DNA of 64,000 bases from Gammaproteobacteria bacterium (GTDB lineage: Bacteria; Pseudomonadota; Gammaproteobacteria; Eutrophobiales; Eutrophobiaceae), in NCBI GenBank assembly GCA_003250975.1, contig QKIY01000009.1:30727-94726 (forward strand). Reading direction: 5' to 3'. This document shows positions 39,783-49,414 of the stretch, piece after piece (the stretch's first letter is position 1; each line of letters begins with the position of its first letter). The position numbers and the translations under genes are program-made. The notes beneath the pieces were generated by a model. That model was given only the letters and a program-made list of their open reading frames with translations. It did not search any database and had not been told where the DNA came from.

Positions 39783-41042
39783 ATGCCAGTTGATATTGCC
39801 ACTATTACCGCTGAAGCTCATACCGGTGAGGTAGATGCCCAGGTTCGCCTCGCGGAACTGTATGATCAGGGATTTGGCGTACCCGCCGACCCTGCTCATG
39901 CGGCCTACTGGTACCGAAAGGCTGCCGACCAGGGTTGTGCCAAGGGACAGCGGCGACTCGGGAAGATGTATGCCAACGGTCGTGGCGTGGAAAATGATTA
40001 TGTCTCAGCCGTACACTGGCTCAGCCTTGCAGCAAACCAGGATGATGCCTCTGCCCAGGCCAGCCTCGCCTGGTGTTACCAGCAAGGCCTGGGGCTGGAG
40101 AAGGATATCTATCAGGCCAGCAAGTGGTATCAGCGTGCCGCCAAACTGGGCCATCCTGGGGCCTGTTACAACTTGGGTTATATGTATGCCAATGGCTTCG
40201 GGGTGGAGCAGAATGATACGGAAGCCCTGCACTGGTACCGTCTGGCTGCCGATCAGGGCCATTGCAAGGCGCAACTGAATGCCGCACTGATGTATATCCA
40301 GGGGATCGGTACGGAAAAAAATGAAGCTGAAGGTGCAAGACTCTATCAACTAGCCGCCAACCAGGGCTATGTCAAAGCACAATATAATCTGGCCATGTTG
40401 TATGCCGGTGGTTACGGTGTGCCACAGGATGACTATGAATCACTCAAATGGCTTACGGAGGCTGCCAACAAGGGCTATGTAAGGGCACAGTTTAATCTCG
40501 CCCTTGCCTATATTTATGCCCTTGGAACTGACCAGAACTATGAAAAGGCCATCACTTGGCTCCAGCGCGCAGCAAGGCAGAATTACTCCAAGGCGTATTA
40601 CCAGCTTGGTTACCTTGTCGGGGAAGGGCTGGGGACAACAGCCGATCCCTATGAAGCCGCAAAATATTACCGTCTTGCTGCAAACCTGGGTTATGCACGT
40701 GCCCAATTCCGGCTGGGAAGGCTGTACGATATTGGCAACGGCGTAAATGTTGATCGTATTGCGGCACACTACTGGTATCTGCAGGCAGCACAACAGGGAT
40801 ACAGTAAGGCCCAGTTCATACTGGGGCTGAATTACGCCGGCCGTAAGGGTGCTCAAACTGATATGATCAGGGCATGTGCATGGTTATCGCTCGCCGCCAG
40901 GAATAACAACCAGAAGTTTCTATCAGTCCTGAACAAGATAGCAGCCAAACTGGATACGGATGAAATGATAGAGGCCAAGCAACTGGCTGACAGCCTTTGT
41001 CATGAAAAAATTGATGAAGAAAGCCTGATGGTTACCCTGTAA
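39783..41042 (+). CDS. Sel1-like repeat (SLR/TPR-like) protein, about 10 repeats, with no signal peptide.
   Basis: The protein has tandem ~36-aa repeats of the form AQxxLGxMYxxGxGVxxDxxxAxxWYxxAAxQG. The start was chosen at an ATG with an AGAGG RBS; the ORF-track start is a TTG at 39744. Confidence 0.75.
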   Translation: MPVDIATITAEAHTGEVDAQVRLAELYDQGFGVPADPAHAAYWYRKAADQGCAKGQRRLGKMYANGRGVENDYVSAVHWLSLAANQDDASAQASLAWCYQQGLGLEKDIYQASKWYQRAAKLGHPGACYNLGYMYANGFGVEQNDTEALHWYRLAADQGHCKAQLNAALMYIQGIGTEKNEAEGARLYQLAANQGYVKAQYNLAMLYAGGYGVPQDDYESLKWLTEAANKGYVRAQFNLALAYIYALGTDQNYEKAITWLQRAARQNYSKAYYQLGYLVGEGLGTTADPYEAAKYYRLAANLGYARAQFRLGRLYDIGNGVNVDRIAAHYWYLQAAQQGYSKAQFILGLNYAGRKGAQTDMIRACAWLSLAARNNNQKFLSVLNKIAAKLDTDEMIEAKQLADSLCHEKIDEESLMVTL

Positions 41043-41289
41043 ATTTGCTGTTTACCCCATCTTACCATCAGCCAGCGTTTACATATGCCTGTTTCCTGTT
41101 TCATCAATTTGATTCTTTCACCTGTTTATTGATTAAATACCACTCTTCTTATACAGAGTATCCGATAAAATTAAACAGGCAGATTTAAATCTGCAACTTT
41201 TGACTCGTTGCTTTTAACTTTTCGCTATAGTTCAGGAGAGGTGTAGGCTGCCATATCGAAAAAGCAGGATATCGATTAAGTGAAACGAT

Positions 41290-41379
<90 letters not shown>

Positions 41380-41574
41380 ACTTATTCAAATACGACCCAT
41401 CTGGCAGTATTTTAACGAGAAGGAGCCGGGAGAACCTAGTACGAACCCTTCTCCTTCCCTGCTATTTTAGAAGCAGGCCTGAATCAACAATAATAATTTT
41501 CATGAATCGGTTATTCTTTATGAAGAAATCCTTTGATTGATAATCTTGCACTGGCCGAAAACTTGGAATAGTTA

Positions 41575-42621
41575 ATGTTTCCCCGTCAATTTAAATCACT
41601 TATTCCAGCAGTAATATTCCTGGTATCCCTATATATGGCCGCCTGCGACAGAAACCAGGCAGGTCATGTGGAAACTTTTTCGGGCCTGACCATGGGGACA
41701 AGCTATAGCATCAAGTTTATTCCACCGAAAAATGTCAATCTGACGGCAATTAAACAGGATGTCGAGAACCGTCTGCAAAATATCAATGCCAGCATGTCCA
41801 CCTACCTGGAAGATTCGGAATTATCATTAATCAACAAGACCGGAGCAAATGTCTGGGTCCCTGTATCAAACGACCTGTTTAAGGTACTGGAAACTGCCAG
41901 AAATATCAGTATTAAGAGCGAGGGGGCGTTCGATATAACCGTTGGCCCCCTGGTTAACCTCTGGGGATTCGGACCTGAAAAGCGACCCATCGTCACACCG
42001 GATGAAAGGGTTATAAAAAAACTCCTGAATAATACCGGCATCAACAAGATCAAACTGGATAAAAATAACAAAGCCATTAAAAAGGCACATGATTCTGTTT
42101 ACATCGATTTATCCGCTATTGCAAAAGGATTTGCCGTAGACAGTATCGCCTCACTATTACATGAAAAATACGGTCTGAATAGTTACCTCGTAGAGATTGG
42201 CGGAGAAGTCAGCGCGTCGGGATATAATCAGGGAGGGGAAAGATGGCGAGTCGGGATTGAGAGGCCTGAGCCTGAAAGACGGGAAATCCAGCGAATTATC
42301 CGGCTCGAGGAAATAGCAATGGCAACTTCTGGAGGTTATCGGAACTATTTTGATCTGGAAGGGAAACGGTATTCCCATACAATAAATCCTGCTACCGGGC
42401 AACCTGTTACCCATAATCTTGAGTCAGTAACGGTGCTCCACAAGAGCGCCATGATCGCCGATGCATGGGCTACGGCAATGCTGGTTATGGGCGTAGAACA
42501 GGCAAAAATTAAGGCGGAAGAATATCAACTTGCTGTTCTCATGGTAGCTAAACTGGACAACGAGCGGCATCTAGAGATCATGAATAATCATTTCAGAAAA
42601 TACCTGCTGCCTTCAGAATAA
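41575..42621 (+). CDS. apbE: FAD:protein FMN transferase ApbE (flavinylates RnfD/RnfG/NqrBC-type SGAT motifs).
   Basis: The protein has a lipoprotein-type signal (LYMAAC) and is collinear with the ApbE family (AFDITVGPL..., conserved Mg/FAD-binding residues). Confidence 0.85.
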   Translation: MFPRQFKSLIPAVIFLVSLYMAACDRNQAGHVETFSGLTMGTSYSIKFIPPKNVNLTAIKQDVENRLQNINASMSTYLEDSELSLINKTGANVWVPVSNDLFKVLETARNISIKSEGAFDITVGPLVNLWGFGPEKRPIVTPDERVIKKLLNNTGINKIKLDKNNKAIKKAHDSVYIDLSAIAKGFAVDSIASLLHEKYGLNSYLVEIGGEVSASGYNQGGERWRVGIERPEPERREIQRIIRLEEIAMATSGGYRNYFDLEGKRYSHTINPATGQPVTHNLESVTVLHKSAMIADAWATAMLVMGVEQAKIKAEEYQLAVLMVAKLDNERHLEIMNNHFRKYLLPSE

Positions 42622-42632
42622 ATAGATCTAGA

Positions 42633-42974
42633 ATGAATGCCATACCGTTCCTGTTGATAATGGCCCTGATAGTCTGGTACTGGCAAATAAACCTCAGAGC
42701 CCGGGAACATGCCATTCGGCAGTGCAGGTTGATATGTAATGACATGAAATTACAATTGCTGGACCAGACCGTTGCCCTGGCTTCAATGGCAATACAATTA
42801 GAGAAACGCTATCAAATACGGCTTGTACGCAAATACAGATTTGAAATAAGTCAGGACGGGTTTAACCGCTACCAGGGATGTATGAAATTACATGGTTTGA
42901 AACTACAGTACGCTGAATTTAACCTGCCAGATGGCACAGTTATCATGGATAGGGACAACAGACAGGTGCATTAA
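42633..42974 (+). CDS. DUF3301-like small membrane-anchored protein.
   Basis: The 113-aa protein has an N-terminal TM segment (PFLLIMALIVWYW) followed by REHAIRQCRLICNDMKLQLLDQTVAL, which resembles the DUF3301 family. It follows apbE directly. Confidence 0.5.
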   Translation: MNAIPFLLIMALIVWYWQINLRAREHAIRQCRLICNDMKLQLLDQTVALASMAIQLEKRYQIRLVRKYRFEISQDGFNRYQGCMKLHGLKLQYAEFNLPDGTVIMDRDNRQVH

Positions 42975-42997
42975 GAAATTTATCAGAGGAATCGTTT

Positions 42998-43480
42998 ATG
43001 CCTTCATTCGATATAGTTTCCGAAGTAGATACACATGAACTTACAAATTCGGTAGACCAGGCCAACCGGGAAATTACCAATCGCTTTGATTTCAAGGGTA
43101 CTGATTCACGTGTTGAACTGGCAGAGAGCCTTATCACGCTTATAGCCCCTGCCGAATTCCAGATAAAACAAATTGAAGATATCCTGACAAACAAGATGTC
43201 TAAAAGGGGAATTGACATCAATTGCCTGGAGAGAGGCGACATATCTGAAAGCAATAATCAGGCAAGACTGGTATTCACAGTGCGTCAGGGAATTGACAAG
43301 GAAACGGCAAAAAAACTGATAAAGCTGATTAAGGAATCCAAACTGAAAATCCAGTCAGCTATTCAGGGTGAACAGGTAAGGGTAACGGGTAAAAAACGAG
43401 ACGACTTGCAGGAGGCCATCCACCTCCTGAAAAACAGCAAGCTGGACTTGCCCCTGCAATTCGTCAATTTCAGGGATTAG
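42998..43480 (+). CDS. yajQ: YajQ family (UPF0234) nucleotide/c-di-GMP-binding protein.
   Basis: The 160-aa protein begins MPSFDIVSEVDTHELTNSVDQANREITNRFDFKG..., the YajQ family signature. An AGAGGA RBS is present. Confidence 0.85.
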   Translation: MPSFDIVSEVDTHELTNSVDQANREITNRFDFKGTDSRVELAESLITLIAPAEFQIKQIEDILTNKMSKRGIDINCLERGDISESNNQARLVFTVRQGIDKETAKKLIKLIKESKLKIQSAIQGEQVRVTGKKRDDLQEAIHLLKNSKLDLPLQFVNFRD

Positions 43481-43623
43481 TCCCTTGCAACCAGCCCTTT
43501 CTGCAATTGCTCGGCACCCATACTTCAACAATCAAGCCTTTGCGTCTTTCAGACTCAGGACATTGTATGTCGTGACGGGACGTTGAAAATTTTTGATGTT
43601 CAAATCGCCGATGGATCCTACCT

Positions 43624-43842
43624 CTATTCCAGGTTGCCACCTTGTGTGAGCCCATGGGCGATAAGGGCAGCATTCATCGCTCCTGCATTGGTACCCATGA
43701 TTCCTTCTATTGCAATGCGTTCATCCTCGAGTATCCTGTCGAGGACGCCCCAGGCGAAAGCACCATGCGATCCACCGCCCTGCAGGGCAAGATTAATGTG
43801 CTTATTTACAGTCGGTCTATGGCGTTTTGCTTTATGTGCCAT
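43624..43842 (-). pseudogene. Remnant of a patatin-like phospholipase gene: only the N-terminal 72 codons are present.
   Basis: The fragment encodes the oxyanion-hole motif GGGSHGAFAWGVL and the GTNAGA nucleophile elbow (GxSxG with Asn in place of Ser). The ORF stops after 72 aa and no continuation exists in any frame of the 143 bp downstream. Confidence 0.55.
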
Positions 43843-43946
43843 ACTGGTTTTCTCCCCGGACCATGCGTGAGGAAGCTTTTAAAGTCTTGAATTGATTTTG
43901 TCCCTAGGTGAAAATTACCTGGTCAATCCTGACCCGGGCATTAATA

Positions 43947-46451
43947 TTAGTCTTTTTTATCCAACTGTGATTCAATATCTGAAAACAGGTTTTTTGTAGC
44001 ATTTTCAGCTTCTCTTTTTGCGGCCTCAGCCCTTTCCTTGATACGTTTAACATGTTCCGAATGTGATATCACCCTTGACGCACTTCGTTCCAGTCTATCC
44101 TGCTCATCCATAAACATGGCGAGATCTTCTTCTACCTGCCTTCCGAGATCATCGTTTTTCAACTGCTGAACCTCTATCTCCTGACGTCTGATCTGTTCTG
44201 CGGTCTGCACATTAACCTTGGCCTGATGTGCATTTTCCAGGTTCTTTTCAGCCTGCCTCAACTTGTATTCAGCCATCCTCATCTGATCTTCAGCTTCTTT
44301 CCTGGCCTTTTCATCAAGGGCATCGGCCTGTGCAGCACGAAGTTTTTGTGCTTCAAGGGCCGCTGCAGCCTTGGCTGCTTCAGCTTCCCTTTTGGTCCTT
44401 TCTATGTCATTCAGAACTTCCTTTATCTTGCTGGATTCCTTTTCCAGCTGCTTCTTTTCATGTTCAAGCCTTGCACGTTCCTTGGCTCTTTCTTCTTCAA
44501 ACTGCTTTTTATATTCATCTATAATGCTTTTTGCTTCTTCTGCTGCTGCCTTGCGTGCTGCTTCAGCCATGGCATTTTTCTTGTTAGCCTCTTCCAGCTC
44601 GGCATTTGCTTTAGCTACTTCCTCGGCGAGTGTACGTCTTTCTGCCTCAAGCTTGGCCTTTGCCTTGGCCTGGGCCTCCTTTTCCATATTAGCCTGCTCT
44701 TCACGTTTCCTGCTGGCCTCTTCTTCCAGGGCCTTATGCGATTCTTCAAGTTTCTTTTTAACCTCATCGGCACTCTGTAATTTTTCCCTGGCCTCGGCAG
44801 CTTCCTGTTCAAGCTTTTCCCGCTCCTTCCTTATTTGCTCCTCAGCCTCCTGCTTCATTTTTTGGAGCTTCTCCATCTCCTCGGTATTCTTGGAATAAAT
44901 CTCCTCCAGTTTCTTCTTTTCGTCGGCAAGACGTTTTTCCGTTTCTTCCTTTAATTTTGCAATCTTTCGGGCTTCTTCTTCCTTGAACCTTCTGGCCTCT
45001 TCTTCGGCTGCTTTCTTTTCAATCTCGAGTTTTTTTCTCTCATCTTCCAGTTCCTGTTTCTTGCGCCTTATATCAGTTGTATCCTCATCGTCCCTGGCTT
45101 CGGCCAGCCTATGACTAGTGTCCTCGAGCTTCAATTCATTCTTGGCAATGTCCGCATCGATCACGGCTGAACGTACTGCCGGATCATCATTATCCTCTGA
45201 TTCAAATACAGGAGCCCGTTGTGTTCTGCGTTTTGGCTTGCCTTCCTTTGAGGATGGTTCCGGGCGTGTGGTTTTTGCCGGAGCCGGCCTGTCTTTTTTC
45301 AGAGTAGGTGCTTCTGCCTTCGCTGGAGTCAGTTTTTCTTTTTTCGGTGCAGTCGCTTCTGCCTCTGAACCCAGTGACGGTATCGAAGCCAATCCGCCTT
45401 TTAGGACGCTGACATTAAATCCGTTATTAATCAGGGTGAAAGCAGCAGCTGAACTGCGACCACCTGAATCACAGCAGATAATATATTGTTTGTTCTTATC
45501 CAGTTTATCCAGCTGCGCCCGCAACATGTTAAATGGAATATTGATGCTGCCCTTAATACTGGATTCCTTAAATTCATCTTTAAAACGGACATCAAGCCAG
45601 ACTGCACCAGCTTCCACCAAGGTCTTGCCCTGATCATAAGTGACTTCGCTCATTGAAGGTATTTTTACCAGTGTGATGAAGTTTTCCTTGCTGAGCTTCA
45701 TCAAGATACCATCGGTCTTCATAATGACAGACGCATTGCGTTTACCCCCCATCAGCAACGCTTCTTCACCAAAACTGTCACCAGGAGACAAATCAGCAAG
45801 CTTGACCGGCTTGGAACCGGGGGATGGTATTCTGGAAACTTCACACTGGCCATCCTGAATAATGTAATAACTGTCACCGGGATCGCCCTGCTTGATTACC
45901 GTATTACCTGCCTTGAATTCCAGGGGCTCAAGCATGACAAATAATTGCTGGATATTGGCGGTTGGCAACTGGCTGAAGATTTCGGATTGCAACATCTTGG
46001 TCATCCAGTCGACCGCATCATCTTCATCCCCGATTTCGCTGACTTCAAAATGTCGACTGGCGGTTATAGTTGTACTATCCGACTTGTCTGCAACAATTGT
46101 CCTGTCGACAGCAGCCTTATCCAGTTGGAGAACCATGCAGTCTTCCACGGCCCTGGCGGTAAACTGGCGTGGCAAAAGGCGAGCCATGGCATAGCGTGCA
46201 CTGTCTGTACCTCCTGTAATGGTACTTTTCACTTCCCTGTTCGAAAGCATTTCGATCACGCCCTCTAGCAGGTAATACGTAAAATTGTCTCTGTCTCCCT
46301 GTTTAAAGACGACGTTCCTTTTCCCGTACTTGAACACCTTCCCCATCTGGATAATCTCGTTCTGGGCCTGGGTAGACAGCTCATCGAACGGCACCAAGGT
46401 CCTTATCAGTTCAACATACGGTTTTTTGTCTAGTTCTTTATTAAAGATCAT
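43947..46451 (-). CDS. Large multidomain protein with two cyclic-nucleotide-binding (CAP-family) domains, a rhodanese domain and a ~450-aa K/E-rich coiled-coil tail.
   Basis: The first CNB domain is degenerate (residues ~30-150). The second is canonical, with GDSFGEEALLMGGKRNASVIMK. The rhodanese domain has an active-site Cys in ICCDSGGRS. From ~aa 380 to the end the sequence is low-complexity, charged and heptad-like (EEARRFKEEEARKIAKLKEETEKRLADEKKKLEE...). Confidence 0.7.
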   Translation of the reverse strand: MIFNKELDKKPYVELIRTLVPFDELSTQAQNEIIQMGKVFKYGKRNVVFKQGDRDNFTYYLLEGVIEMLSNREVKSTITGGTDSARYAMARLLPRQFTARAVEDCMVLQLDKAAVDRTIVADKSDSTTITASRHFEVSEIGDEDDAVDWMTKMLQSEIFSQLPTANIQQLFVMLEPLEFKAGNTVIKQGDPGDSYYIIQDGQCEVSRIPSPGSKPVKLADLSPGDSFGEEALLMGGKRNASVIMKTDGILMKLSKENFITLVKIPSMSEVTYDQGKTLVEAGAVWLDVRFKDEFKESSIKGSINIPFNMLRAQLDKLDKNKQYIICCDSGGRSSAAAFTLINNGFNVSVLKGGLASIPSLGSEAEATAPKKEKLTPAKAEAPTLKKDRPAPAKTTRPEPSSKEGKPKRRTQRAPVFESEDNDDPAVRSAVIDADIAKNELKLEDTSHRLAEARDDEDTTDIRRKKQELEDERKKLEIEKKAAEEEARRFKEEEARKIAKLKEETEKRLADEKKKLEEIYSKNTEEMEKLQKMKQEAEEQIRKEREKLEQEAAEAREKLQSADEVKKKLEESHKALEEEASRKREEQANMEKEAQAKAKAKLEAERRTLAEEVAKANAELEEANKKNAMAEAARKAAAEEAKSIIDEYKKQFEEERAKERARLEHEKKQLEKESSKIKEVLNDIERTKREAEAAKAAAALEAQKLRAAQADALDEKARKEAEDQMRMAEYKLRQAEKNLENAHQAKVNVQTAEQIRRQEIEVQQLKNDDLGRQVEEDLAMFMDEQDRLERSASRVISHSEHVKRIKERAEAAKREAENATKNLFSDIESQLDKKD
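43950..45314. repeat. Low-complexity GAA/AAG-rich coding repeat region (the K/E-rich coiled coil) within the 834-aa CDS.
   Basis: Purine-rich codon runs on the coding strand produce many long spurious antisense ORFs (44226-45858). Confidence 0.5.
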
Positions 46452-46568
46452 TCGCTACATATCCCTCGGGCGGGAAGATTCATGTACACTTTCGACTGGT
46501 TTATTTTAGGACCGACCTAGCCTTTAAGATTATATAGTTTTGATGATAGATAGCATACCCGTAAGTCT

Positions 46569-47255
46569 ATGAATCAATTAACACAATTAATAGCGGAACT
46601 GGGCATGGGCATTGGCTTAGCGGCAATTGTCCCGGCCCTGCTTGGCCTAGTTCTCATAGTCGCCGCCCTGAAACGCCTCAGACACCGGAAACTATTCTCC
46701 GCCGGTTTTAACGGGACACTGGGTCTCTGCCTGTTATTCAGCGCGGTAATCTTGCTTCTTGTTGCAATAAATATTCATACATATCAGAGACTTACATATG
46801 AAGAGCCCATACTGACGATCAGTTTTCAACAACTTGCCGAGAAACAATATACAGCGACCTTAGACTACGCTAACGGCCAGAAACAACACTACAGCCTGAC
46901 CGGTGATGAATGGCAGATTGATGCAAGGGTCATTAACTGGTCACCTCCGGCAAGAATTTTGGGACTTAATGCACTCTACCGCCTAGAGAGGCTGCATGGC
47001 CGTTATCGATCCATCGATCAGGAGCGGCAATTGGAAAGAACAGTCTATCCACTGTCGGAGGAGCGCGGCCTAGACATCTGGTCACTGGCAAAAAAGTATC
47101 AGGACCGCGTGTCATGGATAGACACATATTTTGGCAGCGCGACCTACCTGCCAATGGAAGACGGCGCCACTTACGAGGTATTAATCACTCAGAACGGTCT
47201 GATTGCCAGACCAGTGAATACAGCCGCCAAAACAAAACTGCACCAATGGAAATAG
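46569..47255 (+). CDS. Hypothetical membrane protein (two N-terminal TM helices plus a soluble domain).
   Basis: The 228-aa protein has no family I recognise. It is convergent with the sensor kinase of the sortase locus, with a 22-bp gap. Confidence 0.5.
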   Translation: MNQLTQLIAELGMGIGLAAIVPALLGLVLIVAALKRLRHRKLFSAGFNGTLGLCLLFSAVILLLVAINIHTYQRLTYEEPILTISFQQLAEKQYTATLDYANGQKQHYSLTGDEWQIDARVINWSPPARILGLNALYRLERLHGRYRSIDQERQLERTVYPLSEERGLDIWSLAKKYQDRVSWIDTYFGSATYLPMEDGATYEVLITQNGLIARPVNTAAKTKLHQWK

Positions 47256-47277
47256 CCCGGCCTTTAATGGTGCGGCG

Positions 47278-49383
47278 TTACTGCCTGAAATTGATCCTGA
47301 AACACACACCGCTGGAATCGGCAAGGTTTTCCGCAATAATTGTTCCATTATGAAACTCGGCAATAATCCTAGCGATATAAAGCCCGAGGCCGAGATGCGG
47401 GCTGCCTTTCCTGTCCTTGTCACGGACAGATACCATCGAATTGAACAGTTCCCCCTTCATCTCTTCGGGTAAGAGCGGCCCCCGGTTGACAATACTGATG
47501 AAACTGTCAGCTCCATCAGTGTGCAAGGAAATAATAACTGGCTTGTCCGGCACACTGAAATCGACTGCATTTGAAACCAGCTTGTCGATCATCTGCATAA
47601 ACAGATCCGGCGCAATATTCATTACATGTTTGATCGGGGGGAGATTCAGTTCAAACGGGTGTGGTGCATAGGCAAGGCGGTAACCGTCAATAGCCTGGGT
47701 CAACAGCTCACAAATATTAACCCTTACTTTTTCTGTCCCCTGCAGTGCCTGCTCCAGCCGTGCAGCTTCACTCAGACGGGTAACCAGGGTATTCAGGCGT
47801 TGAATACCATCCCGCGCCCGTTCGATATAGACCTGTTTGTCCGTTTCAATATCTGAATCCAGATTGTCCAGAGATGATTGCACTACTGCCATGGGTGTAC
47901 GCAACTCATGCGAAAGTTTCCCCGCCATTCCTTCAAGATAATGGTTATATTGCCTGAGCCTTTCCAGGATTGCGGCGTAGTTACGAGACAGATCACCAAT
48001 TTCATCACTGGCCTGACTCACCGGCATATCGCCCACCACTCGGCCATACTCATCTATCGCGGTGGCCGCTTCTCTGCTTAAACGCCTCAATCTCACAGAC
48101 AACCTGCTGGCGAAGAAAAGCAGCAGTAGAGTTATTATAAAAAACAGTAGCAAGGTCCTGTTAACTAGGCCAACCAGAGCATCACGTTGCAATAACTGGA
48201 TATTATTGGTTGTTTCCTCGGCCACAACTACGCCCCTGATCTCATCAAACACCCATACAGGAGCGGCGGCGGACACGATGACAGCCTTTTTATCAGGCGA
48301 TGATCGCCAGCGAGAACCGGCATTGCCCCTGAGTGCCGATCTGATCTCCTCGCCGTATAACCGGGAGGCGCCTGCGAGATCATCTTTGAACCGGTCAGTT
48401 ACCGGAGGCAACACCAGTTTATAAAAGAGGTTGAGGGGGTGTTTTTTAAAATCCTGCTTCAGGCTGCCGGAATTGGCAAGCACCTGCCCCCTGCTGTCCA
48501 GTACCCAGATCCTCCTGCCCGGACTGCTGTGCAGGCGAGTAATCAAAGTTTCCAGATAATTATCCGGCAGTATGACCCGCCCGGGACGGTTCAGGGTGTT
48601 TTTTCCGGCAGTACCAGTGTAATGGAAATCAATCTGTGTGCCCCTTTTGTCGGTGTCAGCAACCATTATGCCTAGTCGCTCATGTACTAGGTTAAGAGGC
48701 AGGGCAATCTCAAGGTCATACCCTTCTTGGGAGGGCTGCCAGCTGGCAACGATGTTTGTTTTATATCGAATGAATTTCTTTTCGATCCAGTCGACCTCAA
48801 CAGTTTCAATCTGAAATGGATTGAACATCCCCGGCACAGAGGGTGCAAGATAGTAACGTTCCTTCACCACATAATCATCCCCGATAACCAGTATCACGTG
48901 ATCACTGTCAATGATCGTTTCACTGTCAGGCTTATGGTAGATAGTCTGGTCGTCCCTGATACGAAGTAATATATGCAGGGTATTCTCATGGATACCCGCA
49001 ACTAGCCTAAACGCTACTGGTTCCGTAATATTGCCTGCATCGTCGGCAAATGACTGCGGATAAACCTCCGACCAGTCAAGATATTGCACCCAGTCATCCA
49101 GATACCCGTCTGTCTGCATCGGTGTTTCAATCTTGTGTATGAACAGAGTCGGATCTACGGCCGTTTGTCTGTCAGGAAACTGGCGGTAACTCTGATGCAG
49201 GGAGGTGGCAATGGCTTTTGCGGTATCGAGTAATGAGGTCTCGAGGTTGCTCCTCAATCGATACTCCATTTCACGCATGTATTCATAGGCAATATAAGGC
49301 AGGGTTAATATCGCGATGGAGAGCAATAAAAGTTTAACGCGAATTGTAAAGCGGAATCGGGGACGTGTATTAATATCTGCCAT
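47278..49383 (-). CDS. Sensor histidine kinase with a large periplasmic domain, the PdsS-like kinase of the proteobacterial dedicated sortase system.
   Basis: The 701-aa protein has an N-terminal TM segment, a ~370-aa periplasmic region, a second TM segment, HisKA (SHELRTPM) and a HATPase_c domain. It lies immediately downstream of the OmpR-type regulator in the same operon. Confidence 0.7.
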   Translation of the reverse strand: MADINTRPRFRFTIRVKLLLLSIAILTLPYIAYEYMREMEYRLRSNLETSLLDTAKAIATSLHQSYRQFPDRQTAVDPTLFIHKIETPMQTDGYLDDWVQYLDWSEVYPQSFADDAGNITEPVAFRLVAGIHENTLHILLRIRDDQTIYHKPDSETIIDSDHVILVIGDDYVVKERYYLAPSVPGMFNPFQIETVEVDWIEKKFIRYKTNIVASWQPSQEGYDLEIALPLNLVHERLGIMVADTDKRGTQIDFHYTGTAGKNTLNRPGRVILPDNYLETLITRLHSSPGRRIWVLDSRGQVLANSGSLKQDFKKHPLNLFYKLVLPPVTDRFKDDLAGASRLYGEEIRSALRGNAGSRWRSSPDKKAVIVSAAAPVWVFDEIRGVVVAEETTNNIQLLQRDALVGLVNRTLLLFFIITLLLLFFASRLSVRLRRLSREAATAIDEYGRVVGDMPVSQASDEIGDLSRNYAAILERLRQYNHYLEGMAGKLSHELRTPMAVVQSSLDNLDSDIETDKQVYIERARDGIQRLNTLVTRLSEAARLEQALQGTEKVRVNICELLTQAIDGYRLAYAPHPFELNLPPIKHVMNIAPDLFMQMIDKLVSNAVDFSVPDKPVIISLHTDGADSFISIVNRGPLLPEEMKGELFNSMVSVRDKDRKGSPHLGLGLYIARIIAEFHNGTIIAENLADSSGVCFRINFRQ

Positions 49384-49414
49384 CTTGATTAGTCCTGCTG
49401 ATCAGTTACTTTTA

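Noticed and set aside
44226-45858. Long antisense ORFs (up to 184 aa, F/L/S/C-rich) within the 834-aa gene.
   Set aside because: They are the reverse complement of the GAA/AAG-rich coiled-coil coding repeat. The low-complexity Phe/Leu/Ser strings have no RBS or start context.
46441-46560. An apparent 1-nt inconsistency between my reading of the printed sequence here (one line shows 59 letters) and the ORF-track frame of the 834-aa gene.
   Set aside because: I treat it as a display or transcription slip, not a frameshift. The ORF-track coordinates are internally consistent at both ends of the gene, so I used them. Motif positions I quote in 46441-46560 may be off by 1.
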